Assembly (NCBI GenBank): GCA_963793265.1
Contig: CAWBZI010000004.1
Span: 352,001 to 416,000 of the forward strand
Source of the DNA: an uncultured cyanobacterium
GTDB lineage: Bacteria > Cyanobacteriota > Cyanobacteriia > Phormidesmidales > Phormidesmidaceae
Length of the DNA stretch: 64,000 nt
Direction: 5' to 3'
Below, in pieces: positions 28,751 to 39,060 of this stretch. The position numbers were made by a program, and so were the translations under genes. Within the stretch, counting starts at the first letter, position 1; every line of letters starts with the position of its first letter. The notes beneath the pieces are model-generated. The model did no database searches, was not told the DNA's origin, and was given only the letters and a program-made list of their open reading frames with translations.

Positions 28751-29932
28751 ATGACCGATAACACCCACGTTAAAGTGCCAGCAGATAAGCTGCTGAGCGA
28801 TCTGATCGAGAGCGAAGATGTTGATAAAAAAGTGAGCGAGAAGCTTGAGCAGCAGGCCGCTATTCGGTTTGAGTCTCTAAGCTTTAAAGCTTTAAACAAC
28901 GAGTGCAACAAACTTAAAGAAAGGCTAGAGAAATACTACAGATACTTGAAAGGTTGGGAGCTGCACCATGATTTTGAACTATGGGAGCACGCTGAAAGTC
29001 ATGTCGGCAGCGTTTGGCTAAAGCTGAGAAGCGCCCTGCATTTGGCGATGGAGTATGGGCTATACGAAGAGGTGAAGGCGATCTTTTTAGAGCTGAAGCT
29101 GCTGCTGCAAACGGCAGGCTTTGTTAAAGACCGTATCTACTTAGCGGCCTGGTTAAAATCAGAAGCCGAACGCCGCCAGGACTGGATTAGTATGCACCTG
29201 ATGACCGCTTCGTTGGTTTGGTCGTATACGTCTTTTGGCTGTAATCAAAATATTGCAAAGGCAGATGAGCTTTGGAGCGACCTGATCCCGTTTTTACTCA
29301 GCGTTGGTGATACGACAGATTGTAACGAATGCAGAAAGTATTTTCGCGATAGAGAAGATATTTATCCTTACACCGAGATGCTGGTAGATATTTACGAGAC
29401 GGGTACTCGAATAGCGATACGATGTTCAAGATTTGATGATGTAAAAGAGTATATTCGTAGGGGCCGCGCGGAGATTTCACTGCTCTCTCAAAGCGGATTT
29501 TTGTCAATACGGCTAAAGGAGCGCTTTGATATCGCTTTTAGCTATCATGAGGCGATCGCCTGCTACTTAACCAGCCAATATGAGCGTGCGCAGGCTTTGT
29601 TTAACGATGCCGTTGAGCGTGGTGAAATGATCGCCTGGAACCGGCTAGTGCGTGGGGCTAAGAGCTGGCTAGCTACGATTGCAATTGAGCTGGAAAATTA
29701 TGTTGAATGCGAGCAAATCTTGTCTGAGATTGTAGAAGATTGTGAGCTAAATAAGAGCAAGCGAGACGTGATGTGCCATTTGGTTAAGGCCCGGCTGTTG
29801 CACGAACAGGGACAGCCAAGCGAGCAGGTCATGAGTGAGAAAAAGGCGATCGCGGCGCTAGAAAAGTTTTTTGAAGAAAGTTCTGGCACCTACGATCTCG
29901 ATTCATTCAGGCTCAAGCCTTGCCCTGTGTAA
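28751..29932 (+). CDS. TPR-like protein, paralog of the C-terminal domain of ORF 27376, no HTH
   Basis: LKGWELHHDFEL vs LKNWKMKHDFDL; AME..LYEEVKAIFLEL vs AMKEEQYYEQIKAIYTEI; IAWNRL..GAKSWLA vs IGWIRI..AAYSWLA. Confidence 0.7.
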   Translation: MTDNTHVKVPADKLLSDLIESEDVDKKVSEKLEQQAAIRFESLSFKALNNECNKLKERLEKYYRYLKGWELHHDFELWEHAESHVGSVWLKLRSALHLAMEYGLYEEVKAIFLELKLLLQTAGFVKDRIYLAAWLKSEAERRQDWISMHLMTASLVWSYTSFGCNQNIAKADELWSDLIPFLLSVGDTTDCNECRKYFRDREDIYPYTEMLVDIYETGTRIAIRCSRFDDVKEYIRRGRAEISLLSQSGFLSIRLKERFDIAFSYHEAIACYLTSQYERAQALFNDAVERGEMIAWNRLVRGAKSWLATIAIELENYVECEQILSEIVEDCELNKSKRDVMCHLVKARLLHEQGQPSEQVMSEKKAIAALEKFFEESSGTYDLDSFRLKPCPV

Positions 29933-29958
29933 AAGGCATTCGCTAAAATCCATAGACT

Positions 29959-31818
29959 ATGGATAATGTGAATTTGCCTGAAGCTGACTCGAATTTGTCA
30001 CCGACTAAGCGAGCCTTACTTGCCCTGAAACATCTTCAGGGCAAGCTGGATAAACAGCATGAGCCAATTGCGATCACTGGCATGAGCTGTCGGTTTCCAG
30101 GAGTCGCGGACACACCAGCGGCTTATTGGCAACTGCTAAAGAACAAAAAAGATGCGATCGCCCCCATTCCCCAAGACCGCTGGCCTGCTACCTATCACAG
30201 CACTGAACCTGATGAGCCCGGTAAAGTGATCGCTCATCAAGGCGGTTTCATCCCTCACCTGTACGACTTCGATGCCGCCTTCTTTCGCATTTCTCCCCGT
30301 GAAGCCCTGACCCTCGATCCGCAGCAGCGCCTTGCTTTAGAACTGGGTTGGGAAGCGTTAGAGAATGCCGGAATCTCACCCGAAATGCTTGATAATCAGC
30401 CAGTCGGTGTATTTTTAGGCATTAGCAGCATTGACTACTGGCAACAGGTTTTAGCACAGTCTTCTGAGGCCATTGATGCTTACCTTGCCACGGGTAACAG
30501 TCATAGCGTTGCGGCCGGGCGACTCTCCTTTTTATTAGGACTCAACGGCCCTAGTCTGGCCGTTGATACCGCCTGTTCTTCTTCTTTAGTCGCTGTTCAT
30601 TTAGCCTGCCAAAGCCTCCGACAGCAGGAATGCAGCATCGCGCTGGTCGGCGGTGTAAATCGCATTATCACACCCGCTGCCAGTATTAATTTCTCTAAGG
30701 CCAAAATGCTCTCTGCCGATGGCCGCTGTCGTACTTTTGACGCGGCGGCAAGTGGCTTTGGTCGAGCTGAAGGCGGCGGAATGATTGTACTTAAGCGGCT
30801 AAGTGATGCTGAAGCTCAGGGCGATCGCATCCACGCCGTCATCCTGGGTAGCGCAACCAACCACAACGGACGAACCAATGGCCTTACCGCTCCAAGCACC
30901 ACCGCGCAGCAGACCGTTATTCGTCAGGCTTTAGCTGCTAGCCGCATTGAGCCGAGTCAGGTTAGCTACGTCGAAACGCACGGTACTGGCACCGCACTGG
31001 GCGATCCGATTGAAGTGGCTGCGTTAGGAAAAGCGTATGGGGATAAGCGTGATCGCCCGCTAATCCTGGGCGCTGTTAAAACAAACGTGGGTCATACTGA
31101 AGCCGCTGCCGGTATGGCGGGTTTGATTAAAGCAGTGCTGGCGCTAGAGCAGGCTCAGGTTCCTGCTAATTTGCATTTAAAGCAACCGAATCCTGATATC
31201 AACTGGGATTCTTTGCCGGTTAAACTTCCTCAAGATTCGATGCCCCTACCTTCAGCCGACAGACCTCATACTGCTGGCGTTAGTGCCTTTGGTTTTAACG
31301 GCACGAATGCTCATTTGATTATTCAAGCCTCGCCTGCACGGGCTAAAGGTTCTAACGTTGAACGATCTCAACGGCTTTTGCCACTGTCCGCGCGATCGCC
31401 TGCCGCTCTCAATCAGCTTGTTGCCCGCTATGCCCAACACCTAGCCACCCATCCCGACCTTGATTTGGCTGATTTGTGTTTTACCGCTAGCGTGGGGCGA
31501 TCGCACTTCTCCCATCGCCTAGCGATTGTCGCAGACTCTACTGTAGATCTGCGAAAAATCTTGGTGAGCGTTCTAGCAGGTCGCCCCCACCCTGACTGCT
31601 GGAAAAGCGATCCGGAAACGCCCAGCGCAGACCTGAAGATACTCGCTGAGCCAAACTCTCTTTCATACTGGGCGCAATGCTATGCTCAAGGCCAAACAAT
31701 TGACTGGGAAAGCTTATACTCATCTAGCGATCGCCTATCAGGCCATCGTCAAAAGCTCGTTCTACCGACTTATCCATTTCAGCGCCAGCATTACAGCATC
31801 CATTCGATTTCGGATTAA
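29959..31818 (+). CDS. Stand-alone type I PKS ketosynthase (docking domain, KS, linker; no AT or ACP)
   Basis: EPIAITGMSCRFPG, DPQQRL, DTACSSS, HGTGT, KTNVGH, SAFGFNGTNAH, C-terminal LPTYPFQR; no GHSxG AT motif. Confidence 0.9.
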   Translation: MDNVNLPEADSNLSPTKRALLALKHLQGKLDKQHEPIAITGMSCRFPGVADTPAAYWQLLKNKKDAIAPIPQDRWPATYHSTEPDEPGKVIAHQGGFIPHLYDFDAAFFRISPREALTLDPQQRLALELGWEALENAGISPEMLDNQPVGVFLGISSIDYWQQVLAQSSEAIDAYLATGNSHSVAAGRLSFLLGLNGPSLAVDTACSSSLVAVHLACQSLRQQECSIALVGGVNRIITPAASINFSKAKMLSADGRCRTFDAAASGFGRAEGGGMIVLKRLSDAEAQGDRIHAVILGSATNHNGRTNGLTAPSTTAQQTVIRQALAASRIEPSQVSYVETHGTGTALGDPIEVAALGKAYGDKRDRPLILGAVKTNVGHTEAAAGMAGLIKAVLALEQAQVPANLHLKQPNPDINWDSLPVKLPQDSMPLPSADRPHTAGVSAFGFNGTNAHLIIQASPARAKGSNVERSQRLLPLSARSPAALNQLVARYAQHLATHPDLDLADLCFTASVGRSHFSHRLAIVADSTVDLRKILVSVLAGRPHPDCWKSDPETPSADLKILAEPNSLSYWAQCYAQGQTIDWESLYSSSDRLSGHRQKLVLPTYPFQRQHYSIHSISD

Positions 31819-31870
31819 TTTCAGTGCTATATTCATCTGCAAGTATAAAAAAGTGTGAGGTACGCAGTTT

Positions 31871-32569
31871 ATGACTTCTCCTAACGTTGCTCAGGCTACG
31901 CGTTCAGTGGCCCGACGATCGTCGCTTAAGCTCACTGGTAAACTAAGTGCGATCGCCCTTCTTCTCGCCGTTCCCGCTGCCTTTGTGTCTAACGCCAACC
32001 CCTCAACCGCTGCGTCTGCTACTGCTGCCTCACTTCACTCCATGAAAAGCACCCTCGACGACTTATCTGCTCAAGACAAAGCAATTTTAGAGAGCGGTCA
32101 GGTGACAATTGAGAGTGATGACAACGGTCAGTTCACGGGGCGGGTGCTTGTCAATGCCTCTATGCCGGAAGCCTGGCAGGTGCTTACGGACTACGACAAC
32201 TTCGAGCAGTTTTTGCCTCATATCGAAAATAGCCGCCTGCTAGAAACGAATGGCGATCGCAATCAGTTCGAGCAGATTAACGTTGTTCCGATTCTTCCTT
32301 TTGTGACTAGCCGTAGCACTATTGTGATCGAGTCTACCGAGCACTATCCACAGCGGGTTGACTTTAACTTAGTAGAAGGTGACTTAGACGCGCTTCAGGG
32401 CGTATGGTCGCTTGAACCCATTGGCGATCAGGTATTGGTAACGCACCAAGTCTCTATTGATCCTGGCAGTGGCTCGCCTAAAGGCATCTTTTTTAGCACC
32501 TATCGCAATGTGTTAGAAGATTCTCTTGGCGCTGCGAAAGTAGAAGCTGAAAGGCGCGCTGGCGAGTAA
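31871..32569 (+). CDS. SRPBCC / START (polyketide cyclase-like) lipid-binding protein with a signal-peptide-like N-terminus
   Basis: AWQVLTDYDNFEQFLPHI, F.LVEGD....QGVW.LEP. Confidence 0.85.
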   Translation: MTSPNVAQATRSVARRSSLKLTGKLSAIALLLAVPAAFVSNANPSTAASATAASLHSMKSTLDDLSAQDKAILESGQVTIESDDNGQFTGRVLVNASMPEAWQVLTDYDNFEQFLPHIENSRLLETNGDRNQFEQINVVPILPFVTSRSTIVIESTEHYPQRVDFNLVEGDLDALQGVWSLEPIGDQVLVTHQVSIDPGSGSPKGIFFSTYRNVLEDSLGAAKVEAERRAGE

Positions 32570-32591
32570 ACATAATCTGGCTATTAGCCTC

Positions 32592-33404
32592 ATGAAAAAA
32601 GAGAATCAGCACGCCATTATCACGGGCGGGTCGAGCGGTATTGGTAAGGCGATCGCGCTTCAGCTTGCTCGGCAGGGAGCTTCTGTTTCCATCATCGCTC
32701 GCGATTTGCAAAAGCTAAAGTTCGCCCAAGCTGAGATAGAACAGGCGTGTTGTTCTCCTTTGCAAAAAGTGTTAGCGCTGTCAGCAGATGTGAGCGATCG
32801 CCCACAAGCCGAACAGGCTATCAACTCTGTAATCAATCAGCTCGGCCCGCCGAGTCTAATCATCACTAGCGCCGGTATTGCCTACCCTGGACACTTTCAA
32901 GATATTCCCATCGAAATATTTGAACAAACGATGGCGACTAACTATTTTGGTACGCTCTATTGCATTCGAGCCGCTTTGCCGGTAATGGAACAACAGGGTC
33001 AGGGGCAGCTTGTCATCATTTCTTCGGGTGCAGGACTTATTGGTCTGTATGGCTATAGTGCGTATGGCCCTAGCAAGTTTGCAGTGCGGGGGCTAGCTGA
33101 GTCTTTGCGCGCTGAGCTGAAGCCGGTTGGGATTGGAGTTGCGATCGCCTACCCGCCCGATACAGACACCCCTCAGCTCATAGAAGAAAGTAAAACAAAG
33201 CCACCTGCCACCAAAGAGATCACTGCTACTGCAAAGCTATGGACAGCAGATGATGTCGCCAGCGTTATCTTACAAGGAACAGAAAAAGGAAAGTTCGAGA
33301 TTTCTCCTGGAACAGAAATTGGCGTTTTAACCAGAATGCACAGTCTGATTGCCCCTATCCTAAACCAGTATTTTGATCGTATCGTCGCCCGCCATCCTCG
33401 CTAG
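32592..33404 (+). CDS. SDR oxidoreductase, 3-ketodihydrosphingosine reductase (KDSR)-like
   Basis: ITGGSSGIG, YGPSK (YxxxK), AVRGLAESLRAEL, AYPPDTDTP. Confidence 0.85.
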   Translation: MKKENQHAIITGGSSGIGKAIALQLARQGASVSIIARDLQKLKFAQAEIEQACCSPLQKVLALSADVSDRPQAEQAINSVINQLGPPSLIITSAGIAYPGHFQDIPIEIFEQTMATNYFGTLYCIRAALPVMEQQGQGQLVIISSGAGLIGLYGYSAYGPSKFAVRGLAESLRAELKPVGIGVAIAYPPDTDTPQLIEESKTKPPATKEITATAKLWTADDVASVILQGTEKGKFEISPGTEIGVLTRMHSLIAPILNQYFDRIVARHPR

Positions 33405-33413
33405 GTATCACTG

Positions 33414-34055
33414 CTACTGTCTTTCAGCCCCTTGTATAACCTTCTGCCGAATTGTCCTAAGCACACTCAGCACCTGAAAAAGCTCGTCATCTCGTTCGAC
33501 AGACAACGCATAAGAGCGGGAATAAACGCGCTTAGGGTGGTGAACAAGCTTGATGAAAACAAACTCACGTCCGTTCACTAACAATCCATAAACAGGTTGC
33601 TTTGACTCAGGAGCATCTAGCATATAAGTCAAAGCCTGCGGCAAAGCCGTTAAAACATCAAAACGAGTGCTTTTAGACTCTATAACCAGCACCCAAAACT
33701 TTTGCTGAGCCACTAAAACATCAATGCTACCTTTGACTTTTAGCCCTTCATCCTCCGAGGTTATTTCAATAGATTCCTCAGTCGAGAGTTCAAAAGGTGC
33801 TTGATAAAACTCCGCTAAATCCAACAGAGGAGAAAGCACCACCATTTTGACAGCCTCTTCTGAAAAACTCTTCTGGCTCGCCAAATGCTGATAGTTTCGT
33901 TGAATCCTATTCAAACAAGCATGGTCAAACTCTGAGAGTGCGGGAGACACTTGCTGCCACTCGTCAAAAAAGTCTTGATTCGAGACTGACCGCAAGCCAA
34001 ACTTACTTTTCAGCTCATCTAAGCTGATGTCTCTAGCTTGGAAAGTTTGTACCAT
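33414..34055 (-). CDS. Stand-alone HsdR N-terminal-like PD-(D/E)XK nuclease-domain protein
   Basis: EEAVKMVVLSPLL, G.IDVLV...LVIESK, PQALTYM, GLLVNG..F.FIKL. Confidence 0.8.
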   Translation of the reverse strand: MVQTFQARDISLDELKSKFGLRSVSNQDFFDEWQQVSPALSEFDHACLNRIQRNYQHLASQKSFSEEAVKMVVLSPLLDLAEFYQAPFELSTEESIEITSEDEGLKVKGSIDVLVAQQKFWVLVIESKSTRFDVLTALPQALTYMLDAPESKQPVYGLLVNGREFVFIKLVHHPKRVYSRSYALSVERDDELFQVLSVLRTIRQKVIQGAERQ

Positions 34056-34121
34056 GCGTTCAACCGGTGCTCATTCTTATAGAATATAGCATCCTACACC
34101 CGTAGCTTTAGTCACTATCGA

Positions 34122-36839
34122 CTATTCCACAGCCGCAGCGACTGCTTCCTCTTCTTCCGTCCCTTCTTCTAGCAGCACTTTTTCAGGTACTTCTGCAACC
34201 GGCTCCGGTTCAGCCGCTTTCACCTTAAAGTTCAACTGTCCAGCCTTCAACCCGATCTTCACCGTACTCCCTTCCGTAAAGCTATTCTCCAAAATTAGCG
34301 TCGCTAGCGGATTCTCTAACTCGCGCTGAATCGCCCGCTTCAATGGACGCGCACCATAAGCCGGATCGTAGCCCGCCTCAGCAACATGATCAATCGCCGC
34401 CTCAGACATTTGCAGCGTAATTTTTTGGTCGCCAAGCAAGCGATGAATACGCTGCAACTGAATAGTAATAATGCTACGCAACTCCTTTTTACTCAGCGCG
34501 TGGAAGAGAATTGTATCGTCAATGCGATTGAGAAACTCTGGGCGAAAGTGCGACCTTAGCGCACCTAAAACCAGCCCTTCCATTTCCTCATACTTAGAAT
34601 CATCGCCCGATACATCTAAAATATGCTCGCTACCAATATTACTGGTCATCACAATTACAGTATTGCGAAAGTCTACCGTACGCCCCTGAGAGTCGGTAAT
34701 GCGGCCATCGTCTAACACCTGCAACAGAATATTAAACACATCTGCATGAGCCTTTTCTACCTCGTCAAGCAACACAACAGAATAAGGTCTGCGCCGTACC
34801 GCTTCAGAAAGCTGACCGCCTTCTTCGTAGCCCACATAGCCAGGAGGGGCACCCACTAAACGAGAAACAGAATTCTTCTCCATGTATTCAGACATATCGA
34901 GGCGAACCAAAGCCTCTTCAGTGTCAAACAAAAAGGCCGCTAACGCGCGAGCTAGCTCAGTCTTGCCGACGCCCGTTGGCCCCATGAACAAGAAAGAACC
35001 AATCGGACGACCAGGGTCTTTCATGCCTGCTCGGGCTCGACGAATGGCCGCAGATACGGCGGTGACCGCTTCTGATTGACCAATTACGCGCTCGTGCAAA
35101 TGGCTCTCTAACTGCAACAGCTTTTGCCGTTCAGAAGCCATCAGCCGGTTTACCGGAATGCCCGTCCACCTTGCTACAATCTCGGCAATATCAGACTCAG
35201 TAACCTGCTCTTTGAGCATGGTGGTGCCTTCCGCCTGCATCGCCTGAAGTTTCGTGTCCTGTTCTTCTAGCTCGCGCTGAATCTCTTCTAAACGACCGTA
35301 TTTAAGCTTCGCGGCTCGCTCCAAATCGTCCGCTCGCTCGGCTTTGTCCATTCGCAGCCGCGTACGCTCTTCTTCTTCTTTAAGCTCATTAATCGTGGTC
35401 AGCGTTTCTTTTTCGCTCTGCCACTGCTCGTTAAGCATCTTTTGTTCTTTCGAGAGACTTTCTATCTCTTCTTTGAGCTTAGCCAAACGCTGTTTAGAGG
35501 TACGATTTGCGGAGCCCGCGTCTTCTTCACTCTCTAGAGAAAGTTTCTCCATCTCAAGCTGCTTTAGCCGTCGATCGATAATTTCAAGATCTTCGGGCTT
35601 AGAGTCGATCTCCATTTTGAGCTTGGCAGCGGCTTCGTCAATGAGATCGATGGCTTTGTCAGGGAGGAAGCGATCGCTAATATACCGATCCGACAAAGCC
35701 GCCGCTGCGACTAGCGCCGAGTCCAAAATCGTTACCCCATGGTGAACCTCATAGCGCTCCTTAAGCCCGCGCAAAATTGAAACCGCATCTTCCACGCTCG
35801 GCTGATCGACATACACCTGCTGAAAGCGCCGCTCTAAGGCCGTGTCTTTCTCAATATGCTTACGATACTCGTCTAACGTACTTGCCCCAATGCAGCGCAG
35901 CCCGCCCCGAGCCAGCACTGGCTTAAGCAAATTCCCCGCGTCCACATTGTTCTGACCGGCTCCGGCTCCTACAACCGTATGCAGCTCGTCAATAAACAGC
36001 ACGACCTGACCGCCGGATTCAGTCACTTCCTTAAGCACAGAACGCAGCCGGTCTTCAAATTCACCGCGATATTTAGCACCTGCAATTAAGCTGCCGACAT
36101 CTAGTGAAATTAAGGTGCGGTTCTTCAGCGATTCGGGCACGTCGCCATTGATAATTCGCTGGGCTAAGGCTTCTGCGATCGCGGTCTTCCCCACCCCCGG
36201 TTCGCCAATCAGCACCGGATTATTCTTCGTTCGCCGTGAGAGCACATGAATTACCCGGCGAATCTCCTCATCGCGCCCAATCACCGGGTCAAGCTTGCCC
36301 CCACGCGCTTCTTCTGTCAGATCGCGCCCATACTTATGCAGCGCCGGATACTCCTCCTCGCTATCCACCGTCTGCGCAACCGCCGCTTCGCTCTCGCCGC
36401 GCAGCGCCTGAACCGCCTTCATAATATGCGACGTATCTACATCAAACCCGCGCAGCAAGCGCCGCCCAATCCGCTCATCTTCCACAAAGCCAATCATCAA
36501 ATGATCAACCGAGATCAGCTCATCCTGCAAGTTCAGCCTAGCCCCATCTGCCGCATCCAGCATCCGATCCAGGCTTTGGCCCAGGTACAAATTATTGTCA
36601 ACGGCAACCCGCACCCGCGCCTGCCGCTTGGCGAACACCTCTAGCTCCTGCAAAATTTGCTCAGGTGAGAGCCCTGCCTTTACCAAAATGGCATCAGCCT
36701 GTCCTGCCTGCTCCAGCGCCGCGAGGGTCACATGTTCTACCTCCAGGTATTGCTGGCGAAACCGGCGGGCCACGTCTTGGGCCTCCACGATGGCGTCCCA
36801 GGCTTTGGCGGTAAACTTATCGGGATCAGTTGGCTGCAT
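34122..36839 (-). CDS. clpB: ATP-dependent chaperone ClpB (ClpB2 type)
   Basis: [10 protein letters not shown] start, GEPGVGKT, middle coiled coil, [15 protein letters not shown]. Confidence 0.97.
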   Translation of the reverse strand: MQPTDPDKFTAKAWDAIVEAQDVARRFRQQYLEVEHVTLAALEQAGQADAILVKAGLSPEQILQELEVFAKRQARVRVAVDNNLYLGQSLDRMLDAADGARLNLQDELISVDHLMIGFVEDERIGRRLLRGFDVDTSHIMKAVQALRGESEAAVAQTVDSEEEYPALHKYGRDLTEEARGGKLDPVIGRDEEIRRVIHVLSRRTKNNPVLIGEPGVGKTAIAEALAQRIINGDVPESLKNRTLISLDVGSLIAGAKYRGEFEDRLRSVLKEVTESGGQVVLFIDELHTVVGAGAGQNNVDAGNLLKPVLARGGLRCIGASTLDEYRKHIEKDTALERRFQQVYVDQPSVEDAVSILRGLKERYEVHHGVTILDSALVAAAALSDRYISDRFLPDKAIDLIDEAAAKLKMEIDSKPEDLEIIDRRLKQLEMEKLSLESEEDAGSANRTSKQRLAKLKEEIESLSKEQKMLNEQWQSEKETLTTINELKEEEERTRLRMDKAERADDLERAAKLKYGRLEEIQRELEEQDTKLQAMQAEGTTMLKEQVTESDIAEIVARWTGIPVNRLMASERQKLLQLESHLHERVIGQSEAVTAVSAAIRRARAGMKDPGRPIGSFLFMGPTGVGKTELARALAAFLFDTEEALVRLDMSEYMEKNSVSRLVGAPPGYVGYEEGGQLSEAVRRRPYSVVLLDEVEKAHADVFNILLQVLDDGRITDSQGRTVDFRNTVIVMTSNIGSEHILDVSGDDSKYEEMEGLVLGALRSHFRPEFLNRIDDTILFHALSKKELRSIITIQLQRIHRLLGDQKITLQMSEAAIDHVAEAGYDPAYGARPLKRAIQRELENPLATLILENSFTEGSTVKIGLKAGQLNFKVKAAEPEPVAEVPEKVLLEEGTEEEEAVAAAVE

Positions 36840-37008
36840 AGAGAAGGAAAAGGGGGGCTGTAAACGCAGAATACGTGCAATTTCTCAGTATAGCAACGGA
36901 AGGGGTTATGTATCTTCTGAGGGTCAGTAGATGGCGCAGCGGCGCGCTCGCTGAGACTAAACCTATACTGAACAGTATTCGTTTAGTGCTCAGTGAAACA
37001 TCGTCCTT

Positions 37009-37956
37009 ATGAATATAGATAGTTTGCGAATAGTTTCTTTGATTCCAAGTGCAACTGAGATTGTGGCGAAGCTGGGCTATGGTTCGTGTTTGGTGGGGCG
37101 ATCGCACGAATGCGACTATCCTCCATCGGTTCGATCTCTACCCGTCTGTACGGAGCCCAAGTTTGACCCCAAGGGCACGAGCGGCGAAATTCACGAACGT
37201 GTGACTGACCTACTCACCTCTGCACTGAGCGTTTATCGGGTGAAGACGGAAGTCTTAGCAGCGCTGAAGCCGACGCACATTATCACGCAAGCGCAGTGTG
37301 AGGTCTGTGCGGTGAGCCTGAGCGACGTAGAGCAGGCCGTATCAGAGCTAGTGTCAGCCGGTGAAAGTGAGGCGAGGGCAATTCAGGTGGTGTCTTTGCA
37401 GCCTGAGCGGCTAGCCGATGTATGGACGGATATGGCGAGAGTGGCAGCGGCTTTGGATGGTTCAAAGTCGGGGGCCGCAGACACTATTATTCAACAGTTA
37501 AAGGGGCGTATTCAGCCTGTGGCGGTGGAAGGCGATCGCCCCAAAGTCGCCTGTATTGAATGGACTGATCCGCTAATGGCCGCAGGCAACTGGATCCCTG
37601 AGCTGGTGACGATGGCAGGCGGTGATGATTGCTTTGGTAAGGCGGGCGCGCATTCTGACTGGATGAGCTGGGCGGAGCTGACTGCTGCTGATCCTGATGT
37701 GATTGTGGTGCTGCCCTGTGGCTATGACATGGCCCAAACCCAGCAGGCGACTGAGGAGATGGCGAGTCATGCAGAATGGGGGCAGCTCAAGGCGGTGAAA
37801 AACAATCGGGTTTATTTAACCGATGGGAATCAGTTTTTTAATCGCCCTGGGCCAAGGCTGGTAGAGTCTTGGGAGATCTTGACGGAGATTATTCGGGGCC
37901 AGCCAGTGAATGAAGACAGAGCGCTAGTGGGTTGGACACTTTGGCATTCAAATTGA
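37009..37956 (+). CDS. BtuF-like cobalamin / ABC substrate-binding protein
   Basis: RIVSLIPSATEI, VGRSHECDYP, DGNQFFNRPGPRL. Confidence 0.85.
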   Translation: MNIDSLRIVSLIPSATEIVAKLGYGSCLVGRSHECDYPPSVRSLPVCTEPKFDPKGTSGEIHERVTDLLTSALSVYRVKTEVLAALKPTHIITQAQCEVCAVSLSDVEQAVSELVSAGESEARAIQVVSLQPERLADVWTDMARVAAALDGSKSGAADTIIQQLKGRIQPVAVEGDRPKVACIEWTDPLMAAGNWIPELVTMAGGDDCFGKAGAHSDWMSWAELTAADPDVIVVLPCGYDMAQTQQATEEMASHAEWGQLKAVKNNRVYLTDGNQFFNRPGPRLVESWEILTEIIRGQPVNEDRALVGWTLWHSN

Positions 37957-38988
37957 CTTCAAGATTGTTAAAACTGTTTTCTCAGAATTGTCTAACCACG
38001 TGTCGGGGTCAGCTAGCACCTGCTTTTGCACTTCGCTAAGCTGTGCAATCAGCGCGCCTGCTATGTAATTTTCAGGCACAACCGGATGTACATAGTACTT
38101 ACGACAGGTGGCAGGGCGATTGCCGAGCCGAGCAGCAGCGGCTTTGATAGCTGCAACAACATTCTTTTTGGCTTCTGTTTCTTCGGCCCAGTCACCAAGC
38201 TGATTAAGCGTGTCTGTTGCAACTGTTGTTCCGGCCCAAGTTCTAAAGTCTTTGGCCGTAAACTCCTCGCCAGTGATGCTTTTAAGGTAGTCGTTCACAT
38301 CGCCAGAATCTACCGTTTGGCGATCGCTGTCCTCGTCGTAATACTGAAATAGCTCATAGCCGGGAATGTCCTGGCACTGCTTAATCACCTTTGCAAGCTT
38401 AGGATCGTTTACCTCAACTTCGTGCTTAACGCCGCTTTTGCCGACAAAGTGAAACATCGCCTTGCCTTTCTCAAAATCCACGTGGCGATCGCGCAAAGTC
38501 GTCAGTCCAAAAGACTTATTCCGCTGAGCATACTGCGCATTCCCCACCCGAATCAGCGTTCTATCTAGTAGCTGCACAACGGTCGCAATCACTTTTTCAC
38601 GAGAGAGCTTTCTTTGCCGCATATGCGCCTCGGTCTGCTCACGCAAGATCGGTAGCGTTAGCCCAAAAGGCACCATTCGGTCGAACTTTTGCAGATTGCG
38701 AAACTTGTTCCACTCAGGATGATAGCGATACTGCTTGCGGCCCTTATCGTCGCGCCCGGTCGCCTGCAAATGCCCGTCGGGATTCGGGCAGATCCAAACC
38801 TCGTCCCAGTTGGGCGGAATTGCCAGCGCTTCGATGCGATCGCGCTCTACTCCAGGCTGCAACCTTTCACCGTCCGGCAAAATATAGCTAAAGCCTTTCC
38901 CCCTACGCTCACGGCTAATACCGGGCGCAGTGTCCTGAACATAGCGTAGACCCGCTGCTACTGCCGCCTTTTTGGGCTCAACTTTCAT
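37948..38988 (-). CDS. Bacterial DNA topoisomerase IB
   Basis: IPPNW..VWIC, GRKQYRYHP, RVGN..Y, GKSG, AKDFRTW, LGN.PATCRKYYVHP. Confidence 0.93.
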   Translation of the reverse strand: MKVEPKKAAVAAGLRYVQDTAPGISRERRGKGFSYILPDGERLQPGVERDRIEALAIPPNWDEVWICPNPDGHLQATGRDDKGRKQYRYHPEWNKFRNLQKFDRMVPFGLTLPILREQTEAHMRQRKLSREKVIATVVQLLDRTLIRVGNAQYAQRNKSFGLTTLRDRHVDFEKGKAMFHFVGKSGVKHEVEVNDPKLAKVIKQCQDIPGYELFQYYDEDSDRQTVDSGDVNDYLKSITGEEFTAKDFRTWAGTTVATDTLNQLGDWAEETEAKKNVVAAIKAAAARLGNRPATCRKYYVHPVVPENYIAGALIAQLSEVQKQVLADPDTWLDNSEKTVLTILKSI

Positions 38989-39060
38989 CGCTTGGCCGAG
39001 CGAGATCCGCTAGCTGGTATGGTTAAAAGCATAGTATTTTCGACGGGATAGAGCCTAAGC

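Noticed and set aside
33414..34055. Possible type I restriction-modification system
   Set aside because: Only a stand-alone HsdR-N-like domain, common in cyanobacteria; no hsdM, hsdS or helicase nearby.
36920..36965. tRNA-like start (GGGTCAGTAG...GGCGCAGCGG) upstream of clpB
   Set aside because: No T-loop GTTC, no acceptor stem, no cloverleaf.
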